From Acidimicrobiales bacterium (lineage in GTDB: Bacteria > Actinomycetota > Acidimicrobiia > Acidimicrobiales > Poriferisodalaceae): a stretch of DNA of 64,000 bases. The notes under the pieces are model-generated. The model was not told the DNA's origin and ran no database searches. It saw nothing but the letters and a program-made list of their open reading frames with translations. Position 1 is the stretch's first letter, and each line of letters starts with the position of its first letter. Made by a program: the position numbers and the translations under genes. The stretch lies in the NCBI GenBank assembly GCA_963663635.2, contig CAXXMY010000017.1, forward strand, positions 91,461-155,460, given 5' to 3'. Positions 19,601 through 28,315 of this stretch are shown piece by piece.

Positions 19601-19724
19601 CGGTTCGTCCGTCGTCTACACCAGAACGTTCCTCACCTTGCTGGACCTCGTCGATGCTGCCGCCAGCATCGAGCTTGCGGAGGTTGGCTCGCAGCCGGAT
19701 TGGTCACCGGCGACACTGCCGTAG
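16677..19724 (+). CDS. secreted surface protein: signal peptide, 3 cell-wall-binding-repeat-2 (CWB2)-like modules, Gly/Ser linker, many PD40/TolB-type beta-propeller blades
   Basis: Signal peptide LLLCCVAVALASLSAP..ASA. Three repeats of the pattern ...ADALSAG-like / VGG.AAL / RL.GADR..TA. GGSGGGGGSGGGSGGGSGG linker. Recurrent WSPDG..I.Y...DG blades. Confidence 0.8.
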   Translation: MPRMWHDERGRRAEPSRVPPRVRSPRLLLCCVAVALASLSAPTGRASAQIAADEGLTLVVVLASSLPDVGSAASLVAAGVGDAVLLADSSTSLGDAAANLVHGRRPAHFVLVGGAAALATSIEHELAELAPGATTERLAGADRLETAVLAARRAVTDASTVVLAHGWSLPDVGVAASVVASGGADVVLYTAGNELGVTTSHALGELSTRSIVAVGGTAALPTAVLDAAVAAAGATSQRRLGGATRIETAVAGARFAAGDCVAVAVVVNGWSDADVAIAAALGAALDDSVVLYAQAPDALGVATESAIERLEPAHFVTIGSDQSLAVGLRSSMKKVAPLRHLTSPAQATRHALDYASRYECDEEDFGGSGGGGGSGGGSGGGSGGANLVADDDLGRIVFVSDGDGAALVVISTDDGEMQRLTFGPSDVHNPRWSPDGTSVVYDKDDDGDGDSQIYTADADGTNAVKLTSSTHDDILPVWSPDGSSILYFSGSGAEQLRVVGADGTGDRLVASNVLLYRHRTAAWSPDGIKIAYTGSREGGRAVFIVNADGTGLQEINTDLYDSNGYVSWSPDSQRLAYDGGTDPAGSQIIVTTLADGTSAALTAGGWDSQPAWSPDGTSIAYVHYDSDYWAHVYVMDADGTDSRQVTNERAVAGEPSRFVEVLEWSPDSSQLAYRAAAERRFGDLFVIDADGTDRIQLTHDARSKTGLSWSTDGSSLLFTADPGSDIFVVREDGTGHVRLTDDFGDDTDPKWSPNGTKIVYVTNDGDTEIALINADGTNPVQLTNNNTDDTDPKWSPNGTKIVYVTNDGDTEIALINADGTNPVQLTNNNTDDTDPKWSPIGTKIVYVTNDGDTEIALINADGTNPVQLTNNNFRDWDPDWSPDGAKFAYTSASVPGDVEIFTMNADGSGILQLTDGASHSFGPLWSPDGDRILYSERLLSFESAVVRSADGADKKDLGFFTGPIWARDGTRVVCSGSSVVYTRTFLTLLDLVDAAASIELAEVGSQPDWSPATLP
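18915..19290 (+). repeat. near-perfect tandem repeat, 129 bp x ~2.9, each unit encoding one 43-aa PD40 blade
   Basis: Units start at 18915, 19044 and 19173. The only difference seen is A>T at 19195 (Asn to Ile). Confidence 0.95.
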
Positions 19725-19789
19725 AGCGACTCGACCGTCAGTGTCCCTCCGCATACACGGCTGGGGACGGCGGCTGCGAGAATGGCACA

Positions 19790-20116
19790 GTGACGGGGAC
19801 CGCTGCAGCCACAGAGTCTGATCTGGACGAGGCCAGCGCCCGGTCGCTGCGGTTCTCGATCCTGATCTCCGCGATCCGCTGCACGCTCGCGTACGTGGTG
19901 CTCCCGTTCATCGCACCGATTATCGGGCTGGCTCCGGGCGTCGGTCCTGCTGTGGGCATACCCATTGCGCTGATCGCGCTGTGGGCGAACATCGCCAGCA
20001 TCAAGCGGCACTGGTTCTCAGATCACCGCTGGAAGTGGCCAGTGAGCGTGCTCAACGCCGGGATCATCGTGCTGCTGGTGATCCTGCTCACGCTCGACGC
20101 CCGGCAGCTGCTGTAG
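19790..20116 (+). CDS. small integral membrane protein (about 3 TM segments), function unknown
   Basis: Hydrophobic segments ILISAIRCTLAYVVLPFIAPIIGL, VGIPIALIALWANI, VLNAGIIVLLVILL. The start is ambiguous (TTG 19700 or GTG 19790). Confidence 0.45.
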   Translation: MTGTAAATESDLDEASARSLRFSILISAIRCTLAYVVLPFIAPIIGLAPGVGPAVGIPIALIALWANIASIKRHWFSDHRWKWPVSVLNAGIIVLLVILLTLDARQLL

Positions 20117-20298
20117 AGGCCGAAACAGCGAGGCCGTGGCCCAAGCAGCCCATGAGCGCAGCGAACAAGAGCGGGAGCCGCGGGGTGTCACCGCGCAGGG
20201 CCGCGCGTTTGGCACACTGGCTCAACATGCGGGTACATGTCCGAGCGGCTGCCGCCGCAGGCTCTGTGACGGCATGCCCTATCCCTGCGGTGACGCCG

Positions 20299-21513
20299 AT
20301 GCGCATTCTCTTTGCCGACAAGATGGACGCCGGACGCCTGGGCTGGCTCGAAGCTGCGGGCCACGTGTGCATCGTCAAGCCCGAGCTGACCGCTGACGAT
20401 CTCGCCGAGCACATCGCCGGAATCGAAGTCCTGGTCGTGCGCAGCACCGAGGTGAGGCGCACAGTGTTCAAGGCCGCCGATCGGCTCGCCATGGTGCTGC
20501 GCGCCGGCGCCGGAACCGACTCCATCGACTGTGACGCTGCCAGCAAGCTCGGTGTGTATGTCTGCAACGTGCCGGGACGCAACGCCGTGGCGGTTGCCGA
20601 ACTGACGATGGGCTTGCTGCTGGCCATCGACCGCCAGATTCCCAAGGCCACCTCGGATCTGCATGAGGGGCGCTGGAACAAGGCTCAGTACATGGGCGCC
20701 ACGGGTCTGAAAGGCCGGCGAATGGCCGTCGTGGGCATGGGTGCCATCGGCATCGAGGTAGCCCGCCGAGCAGCCGCTTTCGGCATCGAGGTAGCGGCGC
20801 TGTACCGCTCGGACCGTTCGGGCGAATTGCTCGCCGAAATGAAGCGTCTCGAAATCGAGATCGTTCCCGACTGGGACGCCCTGTTGGCCGGGGCCGACAT
20901 CGTCTCGCTGCACCTGCCCGCCACGCCCGACACGTGCGGCCTCGTTGACGAGAAGTTCCTGGCGAAGATGCCCGACGGCGCAATCCTGCTCAACACGTCG
21001 CGCGGCGAGATCGTGAACGAGCGGGCGTTGGTCGCAGCACTCGACGAACGCGGCATGCGGGCGGGGCTCGATGTGTTCCAGGGGGAGCCTCCTGGGGCCG
21101 ATTCGGACTGGTCGTCGCCGCTGGCATCGCATCCGCGCGTCACCGGGACCCATCACATCGGGGCTTCCACTGCGCAAGCTTCCGAGGACATCGCCGACGG
21201 CGTCGTGGAGGTCTTGGAGGCATTCTCGATCGGCGAAGTGCTGAACTGTGTCAATCGCGCGGAGCGGCCCCTGGGTCGCAGCACCATCGTGGTGCGCCAC
21301 CGTGATCAAGTCGGTGTGCTCGCGGGCATTTTGATGGCGCTGCGAGCCAGCGGGATCAACGTGTTGCAGATGCGCAACGAGATCCTTGCAGGACCCACGC
21401 ACCACGCCGCGGTTGCCACCATCAGCGTGTCGCGCCCGCCACCGCGCAAGGTGCTCGACGAATTGACCGAAATGGAAGCCGTCCACGGGGTGCGTTTCAT
21501 CAAGCCCTGTTGA
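20299..21513 (+). CDS. serA: D-3-phosphoglycerate dehydrogenase-like 2-hydroxyacid dehydrogenase with C-terminal ACT domain
   Basis: GxGxIG NAD motif (VVGMGAIGIEVA), catalytic R/E/H region (SRGEIV ... GTHHIGAST), ACT-like tail. ATG 20299; the 510-aa ORF in the track is over-extended. Confidence 0.7.
   Translation: MRILFADKMDAGRLGWLEAAGHVCIVKPELTADDLAEHIAGIEVLVVRSTEVRRTVFKAADRLAMVLRAGAGTDSIDCDAASKLGVYVCNVPGRNAVAVAELTMGLLLAIDRQIPKATSDLHEGRWNKAQYMGATGLKGRRMAVVGMGAIGIEVARRAAAFGIEVAALYRSDRSGELLAEMKRLEIEIVPDWDALLAGADIVSLHLPATPDTCGLVDEKFLAKMPDGAILLNTSRGEIVNERALVAALDERGMRAGLDVFQGEPPGADSDWSSPLASHPRVTGTHHIGASTAQASEDIADGVVEVLEAFSIGEVLNCVNRAERPLGRSTIVVRHRDQVGVLAGILMALRASGINVLQMRNEILAGPTHHAAVATISVSRPPPRKVLDELTEMEAVHGVRFIKPC
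21400..21513 (+). repeat. copy A (in-gene) of the triplicated serA 3' end
   Basis: About 114 nt that aligns with 24090-24203 and, partly, with 23858-23925. The 26-nt core ttgaccgaaatggaagccgtccacgg is identical in copies A and C. Confidence 0.85.
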
Positions 21514-21645
21514 CCCAGCCTCTCGGTTCGGCCTCCTCAGGACCCGAGCGGGTAGGTGTGTTGGTTAGTCGGGTGTCCAGCGGTTTCGGTGGTCGAGCGC
21601 GGCGCGGCACGGCTGTTCAGAATCAGCGACACCGCCGGGTGCAGC

Positions 21646-23580
21646 TCAGAAGTTTGCGAGGATGCGGCGGGCGACGTTGGCGGCGGTGTGGGTTCGGGTG
21701 CTGCCGGTGCGGCGGCGTACCGTCACTTCGCCGGGCGCAGCGTCAGAGATCGCTTCGCGCACGGCGTCGCTCACCGCTGAGCGGCCGCCCACGATGATGA
21801 CCTCACTCACCCGGTAGTCGCGAATCAGGGCCGCGGTGGCCTCGGGCAGCGCTCCCGCGGCGGTGTAGGCAACTGCTGCGTTGTCAGTGACCGCCGCCAA
21901 CGCAGCAGCAACACCCACATCAGGCGGCGACCAGCCGTTCGCGATCACCAACGTCACCCCATCAGGCGCAGCCGCAGGATCGCCCAGCACACGACGCGCC
22001 GACACCCCAGCAGTGTCGACCCGGTCCGCGCCGGTCAGCCGCAAGATGTTGGCCTCGTCCGCTGCTGCTGTCACGGCGTCCTGCACACCAGCACTCAGCG
22101 CAGCGGTGCCGCCCACGAGGATCACCCGCGCCACGTCGTAATCGCGCAACAACTCCGCAGTGCCATCAGGCAGGCTGCGCGCCTCGCTGTACGCCACCGC
22201 AGAACGGCCGCTGCGCGCAGCCAACGCAGCAGCAACACCGATGTCAGGCGGAGACCAGCCGTTCGCAATGATCAGCGTCACACGGCCGGCACCAGCAGGA
22301 CCAGCAGCGTTGCCCAGCACCCGACGCGCTGTGCCCGCCGCCGTGTCCACACGGTCAACACCCGAGACACGAGACACATCCGAACCCGACGAAGCCGCCA
22401 CGATCTGCGTGCGAACGTCACGCGACACCGCCGCGATGCCTCCCACGATGATCACCTCAGCAGGCAACGCCTCCCTCAACAGCACACTCGTCTCACCAGA
22501 CAGCACATCACCCGCCGTGTACACCACCACCGCACCAGAACTACGCGCCGCCAACACCGCCGCCACACCCACATCAGCCGGACTCCACCCATTCGCCACC
22601 ACGAACGTCGCGACACCCACATCGAAATCGCTGCTACCGCCACCGCCGCCGGAGCCGCCACCACCGCCGGTGCCACCACTGCCGGTGCCACCACTGCCGG
22701 TGCCACCACTGCCGGTACCACCAGTGCCAGTGTCCGGCGGATCGACAGCGTCCGGCGGATCGACAGCGTCCGCGGTGCGATCGGATGCAGCAGATTTTGC
22801 GAATCCATGGGCGTCGCTGTAGACGGCGACCGCGCGAATCTGGTAACCGCGGTCGTGCTCGGCGACCGTGTACTCGGTGTCGGTGACGTCAGGAATCGGG
22901 GTCCAGTCGCTGCCGTCGGTCGAGCGCTGCCATTCCCATTCGATTCGGTCGCTTTGCACACCGCCGTCAGGGTCGAGGAGGGTCGCTGACACGGTGTCGT
23001 CGGGCTCTGGCTGGTTCTTCGACAGCGTCACAGTGCCCGGTTCGTCTTCGTTGGTGACGGTGACCGTGACCATTTGGGAGAGCGTGTGCGAGTCCCCGAC
23101 CACTGCCTCGACGATGAGGTCGTAGACGTTGTCGCCGCCGTCATCCAGCGGATTCTCATGGTCGTGTGTGTCACCGGTAAACTGCAGTACGCCGTCGCTG
23201 GTGATCTCGAATTGCGAGGCGTCGACACCTTTCAGGTCCCGCTGGATGTCGCGGCCCTGAGCGTTTCTCACTGAGTACCGTGCCACGGCGCGGCTGCTGG
23301 TCTCAGGGTAATGCACTGTACTCAGGCCCGTCAGCGTGGGCGCTTCATCCACATCAGTGACGGTGATCGTCACCTGCTGGGTTGCGCTCGCGCCCGTCGG
23401 ATCAATCGCAGTCACTGCCACGCTCAACGTCGGCGTGGTCTCGTGGTCGGGAGGAACGCGGACGCTCAACTGGCCCGAACTCTGCTCGATGCTGACGTAG
23501 CGGACACCGGAGCCCGAGATGCGGTAGGTCAGAAAGTCACTGTCAGCATCAGAGGCCTCGACCGGGGGCGAACTCCATCG
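21646..23580 (-). pseudogene. 5'-truncated surface-protein gene: cadherin-like repeats, Gly/Ser/Thr linker, 3 C-terminal CWB2-like modules
   Basis: Has TVTDVDEAPT / TVTNEDEPG cadherin-like blocks and three ANGWSP.DVGVAAALAA...VGG.AAVS...R..G.DR..TA modules. There is no signal peptide. The coding frame continues upstream of the listed TTG into another cadherin-like repeat (SDADSDFLTYRISGSG) and then abuts a transposase remnant. Confidence 0.7.
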
Positions 23581-23647
23581 GTGGTTGCAAGTGAGTTGAG
23601 CGTAGATGTCGGCGGCTGATTGCCTGTGGTGGAGTCGGCGGGGTTGA

Positions 23648-23857
23648 TTAAGTCACAAAGAGCCCTCGGGCTTCGAAATTGGCGTAGTCGGTGAAGCCGT
23701 GAGCTGTGCGGCGCAGGACTTGGAGCAGGTTGTTGGTTCGGTCGATGCGTCCGTTGCTGGGCCGACGGGTGTGGTGCCAGCCCAAGATCTCGTCGCTCTA
23801 TGCCAAGAAGTCGCTGAACTCGGGCAGCAGCTGCGGTGCCGACGCGCGTGTGCCGCT
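23648..23857 (-). mobile_element. ISL3-family-like transposase C-terminal remnant (contains an in-frame TAG)
   Basis: The minus-strand translation ...LLPEFSDFLA*SDEILGWHHTRRPSNGRIDRTNNLLQVLRRTAHGFTDYANFEARGLFVT* matches the SNG..E..N......R.A.GF....N...R tail of ISL3 transposases. A second LLPEFSD-containing fragment lies at about 23926-24095. Confidence 0.5.
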
Positions 23858-23925
23858 GAACGAGTTGACCGAAATGGAAGCGGTCCACGGAGTACGCAGC
23901 TGACGCCGGGCGACGCCGCTCCTTA
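23858..23925 (+). repeat. copy B (partial, with internal deletion) of the serA 3' end plus its downstream flank
   Basis: gaacgagttgaccgaaatggaagcggtccacggagtacgc...gccgggcgacgccgctccttag aligns with copy C. Confidence 0.8.
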
Positions 23926-24089
23926 GAGGTGCCGTGGGGTTGCCAGCGGTTGCGGTGGTCGAGATGGCGATGATGAGGGTCCACGCGAGGGCGCGCCGAG
24001 GCGTCTCGTCGCAGAAGGTGTCGACGGTGTCGCTGAACTCGGGCAGCAGCCCGGTGCCGTAGAGATCGGCGAACCGGTCTCGCGCAAGC

Positions 24090-24203
24090 ATCATGCCGCC
24101 GTTGCCACCATCAGCGTGTCGCGCCGGCCGCCACGCAAGGTGCTCGACGAGTTGACCGAAATGGAAGCCGTCCACGGAGTACGCCTCATCAAGCCCTGCT
24201 GAG
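24090..24203 (+). repeat. copy C of the serA 3' end (would encode ...ATISVSRRPPRKVLDELTEMEAVHGVRLIKPC*)
   Basis: Aligns base for base with 21400-21513 with scattered mismatches, and ends at an equivalent stop codon. Confidence 0.85.
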
Positions 24204-24237
24204 CCGGGCGACGCGGGGCGCTCCTTAGCCTGAGCCG

Positions 24238-25527
24238 GTGCAGGCTCGGTCACCGCAGAGTCCGATGGTGCCTGTGCTCGTTGCCGGGAGCATCGTCACG
24301 GCTGCAACGCTCGGCGTGCGGGCCACGATGGGACTGTTCCCCGACGAGATCGACGCCACGCTGGGCGTTGGCATCGACACCGTCGGGCTGACCGTGGCCT
24401 TGCAGAATCTGATCTGGGGTCTGGGCCAGCCCATCGCCGGGGCCATCGCGGATCGGTTCGGCGCTGTTCGGGTCCTGTTCGTCGGAGCGGTGACGTACGC
24501 CGCCGGCTTGCTGGTCATGGCGACAGCTTCTGGCCCCGCGGGCCTGTATCCCGGCGGCGGGCTCGTGACGGGTCTCGGCATGTCTGCGGCCTCGTTTGCC
24601 GTCGTGCTTGCCGCAATGGGAAAGCTGATGGACCCGCAGCGACGCACGCTCGCGCTCGGGATCGCGACAGCCTTCGGATCGTTCGGCCATTTCCTGCTGG
24701 TGCCCCTCACCGGTGTGCTGATCGGCTCGCTCGGCTGGCGCACCGCGCTGGCGGTGTTGGCGATGGTGGCCGTCTCGATCGTTGCGGTGATACGACCCCT
24801 GCGCACTCCGCCCTCCGGCCCTCACAGCGGGTCCGACGCGGACACCATCGAGGCTGCACGCCACGACGAGCCGCTGCGAGCGGTGCTTGCGCGTGCGGCG
24901 CGTCACCGTGACTACGTGATACTCAACGCGGCCTTCTTCGTCTGCGGCTTCCATGTCACCTTCATCGGCGTCCACCTGCCCAAGTCCCTCACCGACGCGG
25001 GCCACAGCGCCCGGATCGCCACGCTGTCCTGGGCGTTGATCGGCCTGTTCAACATCGTGGGCGCCTTCGCTGCGGGCGTCCTCGGATCCCGAATCGACAA
25101 GAGCCGCCTGCTCAGCATCATCTATGTCTGCCGGGCCGCGGCGTTCGTGGGCTTGCTCTTGCTGCCGGCGACGCCGCTGGTGGCTCTGGGCTTCGGCGCT
25201 GTGGTCGGTCTCGTCTGGTTGGCCAGTGTCCCGCTGACCTCCGGGATCGTTCTGGGCCAATTCGGCGTGCGCAACGCCGGGACGCTGTTCGGGTTCGTCT
25301 TTCTGTGCCACCAGTTTGGGGCCTTCGCCGGATCGTACGGGGCTGGATTGCTGCGCGAGGCGACAGGCTCATACGACCTGTGGTGGTGGCTCGCCGCGCT
25401 GTTGGGAGTGGTGGCCGCGGTACTGCATTTGAGCATCTCCGACCAACTCGCGCCCCGCCCGGACGATCCTGCTCCCAAGCACGCCGGTGCCCGAATGCGA
25501 CTCCCCGGAGCTACTGCAACCGGGTGA
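24238..25527 (+). CDS. MFS transporter
   Basis: Twelve hydrophobic segments and an MFS-like loop motif (GAIADRFGAVRV). Start is GTG 24238 or ATG 24265. Confidence 0.75.
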   Translation: MQARSPQSPMVPVLVAGSIVTAATLGVRATMGLFPDEIDATLGVGIDTVGLTVALQNLIWGLGQPIAGAIADRFGAVRVLFVGAVTYAAGLLVMATASGPAGLYPGGGLVTGLGMSAASFAVVLAAMGKLMDPQRRTLALGIATAFGSFGHFLLVPLTGVLIGSLGWRTALAVLAMVAVSIVAVIRPLRTPPSGPHSGSDADTIEAARHDEPLRAVLARAARHRDYVILNAAFFVCGFHVTFIGVHLPKSLTDAGHSARIATLSWALIGLFNIVGAFAAGVLGSRIDKSRLLSIIYVCRAAAFVGLLLLPATPLVALGFGAVVGLVWLASVPLTSGIVLGQFGVRNAGTLFGFVFLCHQFGAFAGSYGAGLLREATGSYDLWWWLAALLGVVAAVLHLSISDQLAPRPDDPAPKHAGARMRLPGATATG

Positions 25528-26362
25528 CTGCGGCGTCTCGCCAGGCGATCGTGGACTCGATGGCGTTGAACGTGAACACATGCAGGCCAATGATGTTGAG
25601 CCGGTCGGCATTTGCTGCGAGCTTGTTGAGCAATGTGCTGGGGTCATAGCCGCCGGGCCGCATCAGCCGCGCGACAGCTCCACGGTTCTTGCGCAGGTAC
25701 CTCAGGGAGGCACCGATACCGAGGCGGGTGCCGATCCGCACCAGACGCGCTGGTTCGACTGCGCCAGGGATTCCGAGATGGACCGGCAGCACGAAGCCGC
25801 TGCGGCGCTCAGCAGCCAGCCAGTCCACAATCGAGCGCCCGTGGAAGCACATCTGCGTGGATGCGTGCCCTTCGATGCCTGCACTTCGCAGGATCGACTG
25901 CTTCGTGCGGAGTGCGCCATGCAGCACATCGTCTGCGATGAGGGCATGGCCTTCGGGGTAGGCGGTAACACCGATATGGGTCAACGAGTGATCGACATCG
26001 ACGAGCGATTCAAGCAGCGCGACAGCGCCGTCGAAAGGACCGGCGGGCGAGGTCACGTCGCCTCCGACAAGAAAGATCTCATTCAGGCCCAACTCAGCGA
26101 CGCGCCCCAACAGCTCTTGCAGATGCCCCCGGCTGCGGACCATGCGGGCCGCGATGTGGGGGACCGGGCGATGCCCGAGTGTGCACAGCTGCGCTGTCAG
26201 GTCCAGCGTGTCCTCGAGCGTCTTGGACGCTGAAGCTGTCACGGACACCGGAGCGGCCGCAGGCAAGTGCTGAAGCTGATCAGCGAGGTTCTTGAGAGGG
26301 ATCAGCTCCCACTGGGCTTCACTGAGGAGCCGACGCAGCGCCTCCCTGGTGCTTGCGGACAT
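25511..26362 (-). CDS. metF: 5,10-methylenetetrahydrofolate reductase
   Basis: MTHFR blocks (WELIPLK, ..HIAAR, FLVGGD, TAYPEGH, QMCF, GIPG) are conserved. The start is uncertain (ATG 26362 or ATG 26461). Confidence 0.8.
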   Translation of the reverse strand: MSASTREALRRLLSEAQWELIPLKNLADQLQHLPAAAPVSVTASASKTLEDTLDLTAQLCTLGHRPVPHIAARMVRSRGHLQELLGRVAELGLNEIFLVGGDVTSPAGPFDGAVALLESLVDVDHSLTHIGVTAYPEGHALIADDVLHGALRTKQSILRSAGIEGHASTQMCFHGRSIVDWLAAERRSGFVLPVHLGIPGAVEPARLVRIGTRLGIGASLRYLRKNRGAVARLMRPGGYDPSTLLNKLAANADRLNIIGLHVFTFNAIESTIAWRDAAVTRLQ

Positions 26363-26476
26363 CGAGGATCCGCGCCGTGAGGGCCGCACGAGTACGGCCG
26401 CGGAAACGCTCTTGGCCGCGGCAGCGCGACAGGCGCGCAAGGGGGTGAACATCAAAGCCATCGGGGCGGTTCTCGC

Positions 26477-28186
26477 TCAGCTCAGGCCGACGATCTCACC
26501 GTCGGCGTCGAGGTCGATGTGGCGGGCGGCCGGGTCACGACCGAGGCCGGGCATGGTGCGCATGTCGCCGCAGATCGGGTAGACGAAGCCGGCACCTACC
26601 GACGCACGCACCTCGCGAACCGGCAGCGTCCAGCCCGTCGGCGCACCCTTCAGCGAGGCGTCGGACGAGATGGACAGGTGCGTCTTCGCGATGCACACGG
26701 GCAAGTTTCCGAAGCCGTTGCGTTCGTAGCTGTCGAGCTCACGGTTCGCCCGGGCGGTGTAGCTCACGTCGGCGGCGCCGTACACATTCGTCGCGACGGC
26801 GTGGATCTTGTCGCGCAGCGGAATGTCATCGGGATACAGCACAGCAAAGTCCGTCGGCTCCTCTGCGGCTTCGGCCACTGCGGTGGCGAGCTCGGCTGCG
26901 CCTGCTCCGCCGTCCGCAAAATGGGTGCATCGGGCCGAGCGGGCGCCGTACTCGGCTGCGATCTCGGCGATGGCGTCCAGATCGACCCCGTGATCGCCGG
27001 GAAATTCGTTGATGGCCACAACGGGTGACACGCCATGCATCCGCACGTTCTCGAGCTGCTTGCGCAGGTTGTCGCCGCCGGCGTGGACTTCGTCGGGATT
27101 GGCCTCGAGCAGGGCCGGGGGCAAGGGTCGTCCCGCGACGATTCGATGGTTGCCCGAATGCGCCTTGAGGCCCCGCACGGTTGCCACGATGACGGCCGCG
27201 TCTGGAGAGACGCCCGAATAGCGGCACTTGATGTTGAAGAAGCGCTCGGCGCCCATGTCGGCGCCGAATCCGGCCTCGGTCAGCAGGAAATCGGACGTGT
27301 GGATGCCGATGCGATCGGCCACGATCGAGGAGTTTCCCGTGGCGATGTTTCCGAAGGGCCCCGTGTGCACGAGCGCCGGCGTGCCTTCGAGGGTCTGCAT
27401 CAGGTTCGGCTTGATGGCCTCTCGCAGCAGCACTGCCATCGAGCCGGCAGCACCGATGTCCTCGGCGGTGACCGGTTCGCCCGAGGGGGTGTAGCCCAGC
27501 ACGATGCGGCCGAGGCGGGCGCGCAGATCCTCCATCGAGGTGCACAGCGCCAGGGTCGCCATCACTTCCGACGCAGCGGTGATATCGAAACCCGACTCGC
27601 GGGGGATGCCGTCGAGCCGGCCGCCCAGACCGATCGTGATATTGCGCAGCGCTCGGTCGTTGACGTCGAGCACTCGTCGCCAGGTGATGTTGTGGATGTC
27701 CAGGCTGGGTTCGCTGCCGTGATACAGGTGCGCATCCAGCATTGCTGCACAGAGGTTGTGCGCGGCGGTCACGGCGTGCATGTCGCCGGTGAGGTGCAGG
27801 TTGAACAGGTCCATCGGCACGACCTGGCTGTAACCGCCGCCGGCTGCGCCTCCCTTGATGCCGAACGTCGGACCCATCGACGGCTGGCGGATCGCGATGG
27901 TTGCGGTCCGGCCGATGTGGGCGAATGCCTGCCCCAGACCGACCGTGGTTGTCGTTTTTCCTTCGCCGAGCGGGGTCGGCGTGATGGCCGTCACAACCAC
28001 GTACCGGCCGCGCGGGCGATCAGCCATGGCCTCGATGGCTTCGAGACCGACCTTGGCCACACCGTGTCCGTACAGCTCCAAGAATTCCGACGGGATGCCC
28101 GCGTCATCGGCAATCTCGGTGAGCGGTCGAATTGTCGCCGCAGAGGCGATCTCCAGATCGCTCGGAAATCCACTTGCCGTGGTCAT
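26477..28186 (-). CDS. fhs: formate--tetrahydrofolate ligase
   Basis: SDLEIA N-terminus, P-loop TPLGEGKTTTTVGL, length about 570 aa. ATG 28186 is preceded by AAGGGG. Confidence 0.9.
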   Translation of the reverse strand: MTTASGFPSDLEIASAATIRPLTEIADDAGIPSEFLELYGHGVAKVGLEAIEAMADRPRGRYVVVTAITPTPLGEGKTTTTVGLGQAFAHIGRTATIAIRQPSMGPTFGIKGGAAGGGYSQVVPMDLFNLHLTGDMHAVTAAHNLCAAMLDAHLYHGSEPSLDIHNITWRRVLDVNDRALRNITIGLGGRLDGIPRESGFDITAASEVMATLALCTSMEDLRARLGRIVLGYTPSGEPVTAEDIGAAGSMAVLLREAIKPNLMQTLEGTPALVHTGPFGNIATGNSSIVADRIGIHTSDFLLTEAGFGADMGAERFFNIKCRYSGVSPDAAVIVATVRGLKAHSGNHRIVAGRPLPPALLEANPDEVHAGGDNLRKQLENVRMHGVSPVVAINEFPGDHGVDLDAIAEIAAEYGARSARCTHFADGGAGAAELATAVAEAAEEPTDFAVLYPDDIPLRDKIHAVATNVYGAADVSYTARANRELDSYERNGFGNLPVCIAKTHLSISSDASLKGAPTGWTLPVREVRASVGAGFVYPICGDMRTMPGLGRDPAARHIDLDADGEIVGLS

Positions 28187-28292
28187 ACTGCGCACCCCTT
28201 GTGCCACGCTTATCGATACGGCCGTGCAGCCGGATCGTGCCCCTTCAGCGTCGATTTGATCGTGTTCCAGCGTTACCGTAACGCGCTAGTCT

Positions 28293-28315
28293 GTTCCGCT
28301 GAGCGGAACTGTTCC
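28293..28315. promoter_or_regulatory. palindromic operator candidate in the fhs / dehydrogenase divergent promoter (site 1 of 3)
   Basis: gttccgctgagcggaac (a perfect 7-3-7 inverted repeat) overlaps ggaactgttcc (5-1-5). The reverse complement matches 33738-33760 at 21 of 23 positions. Confidence 0.6.

Noticed and set aside
20188-21486. 432-aa minus-strand ORF
   Set aside because: It is antisense to the serA-like dehydrogenase, and no motifs were recognised.
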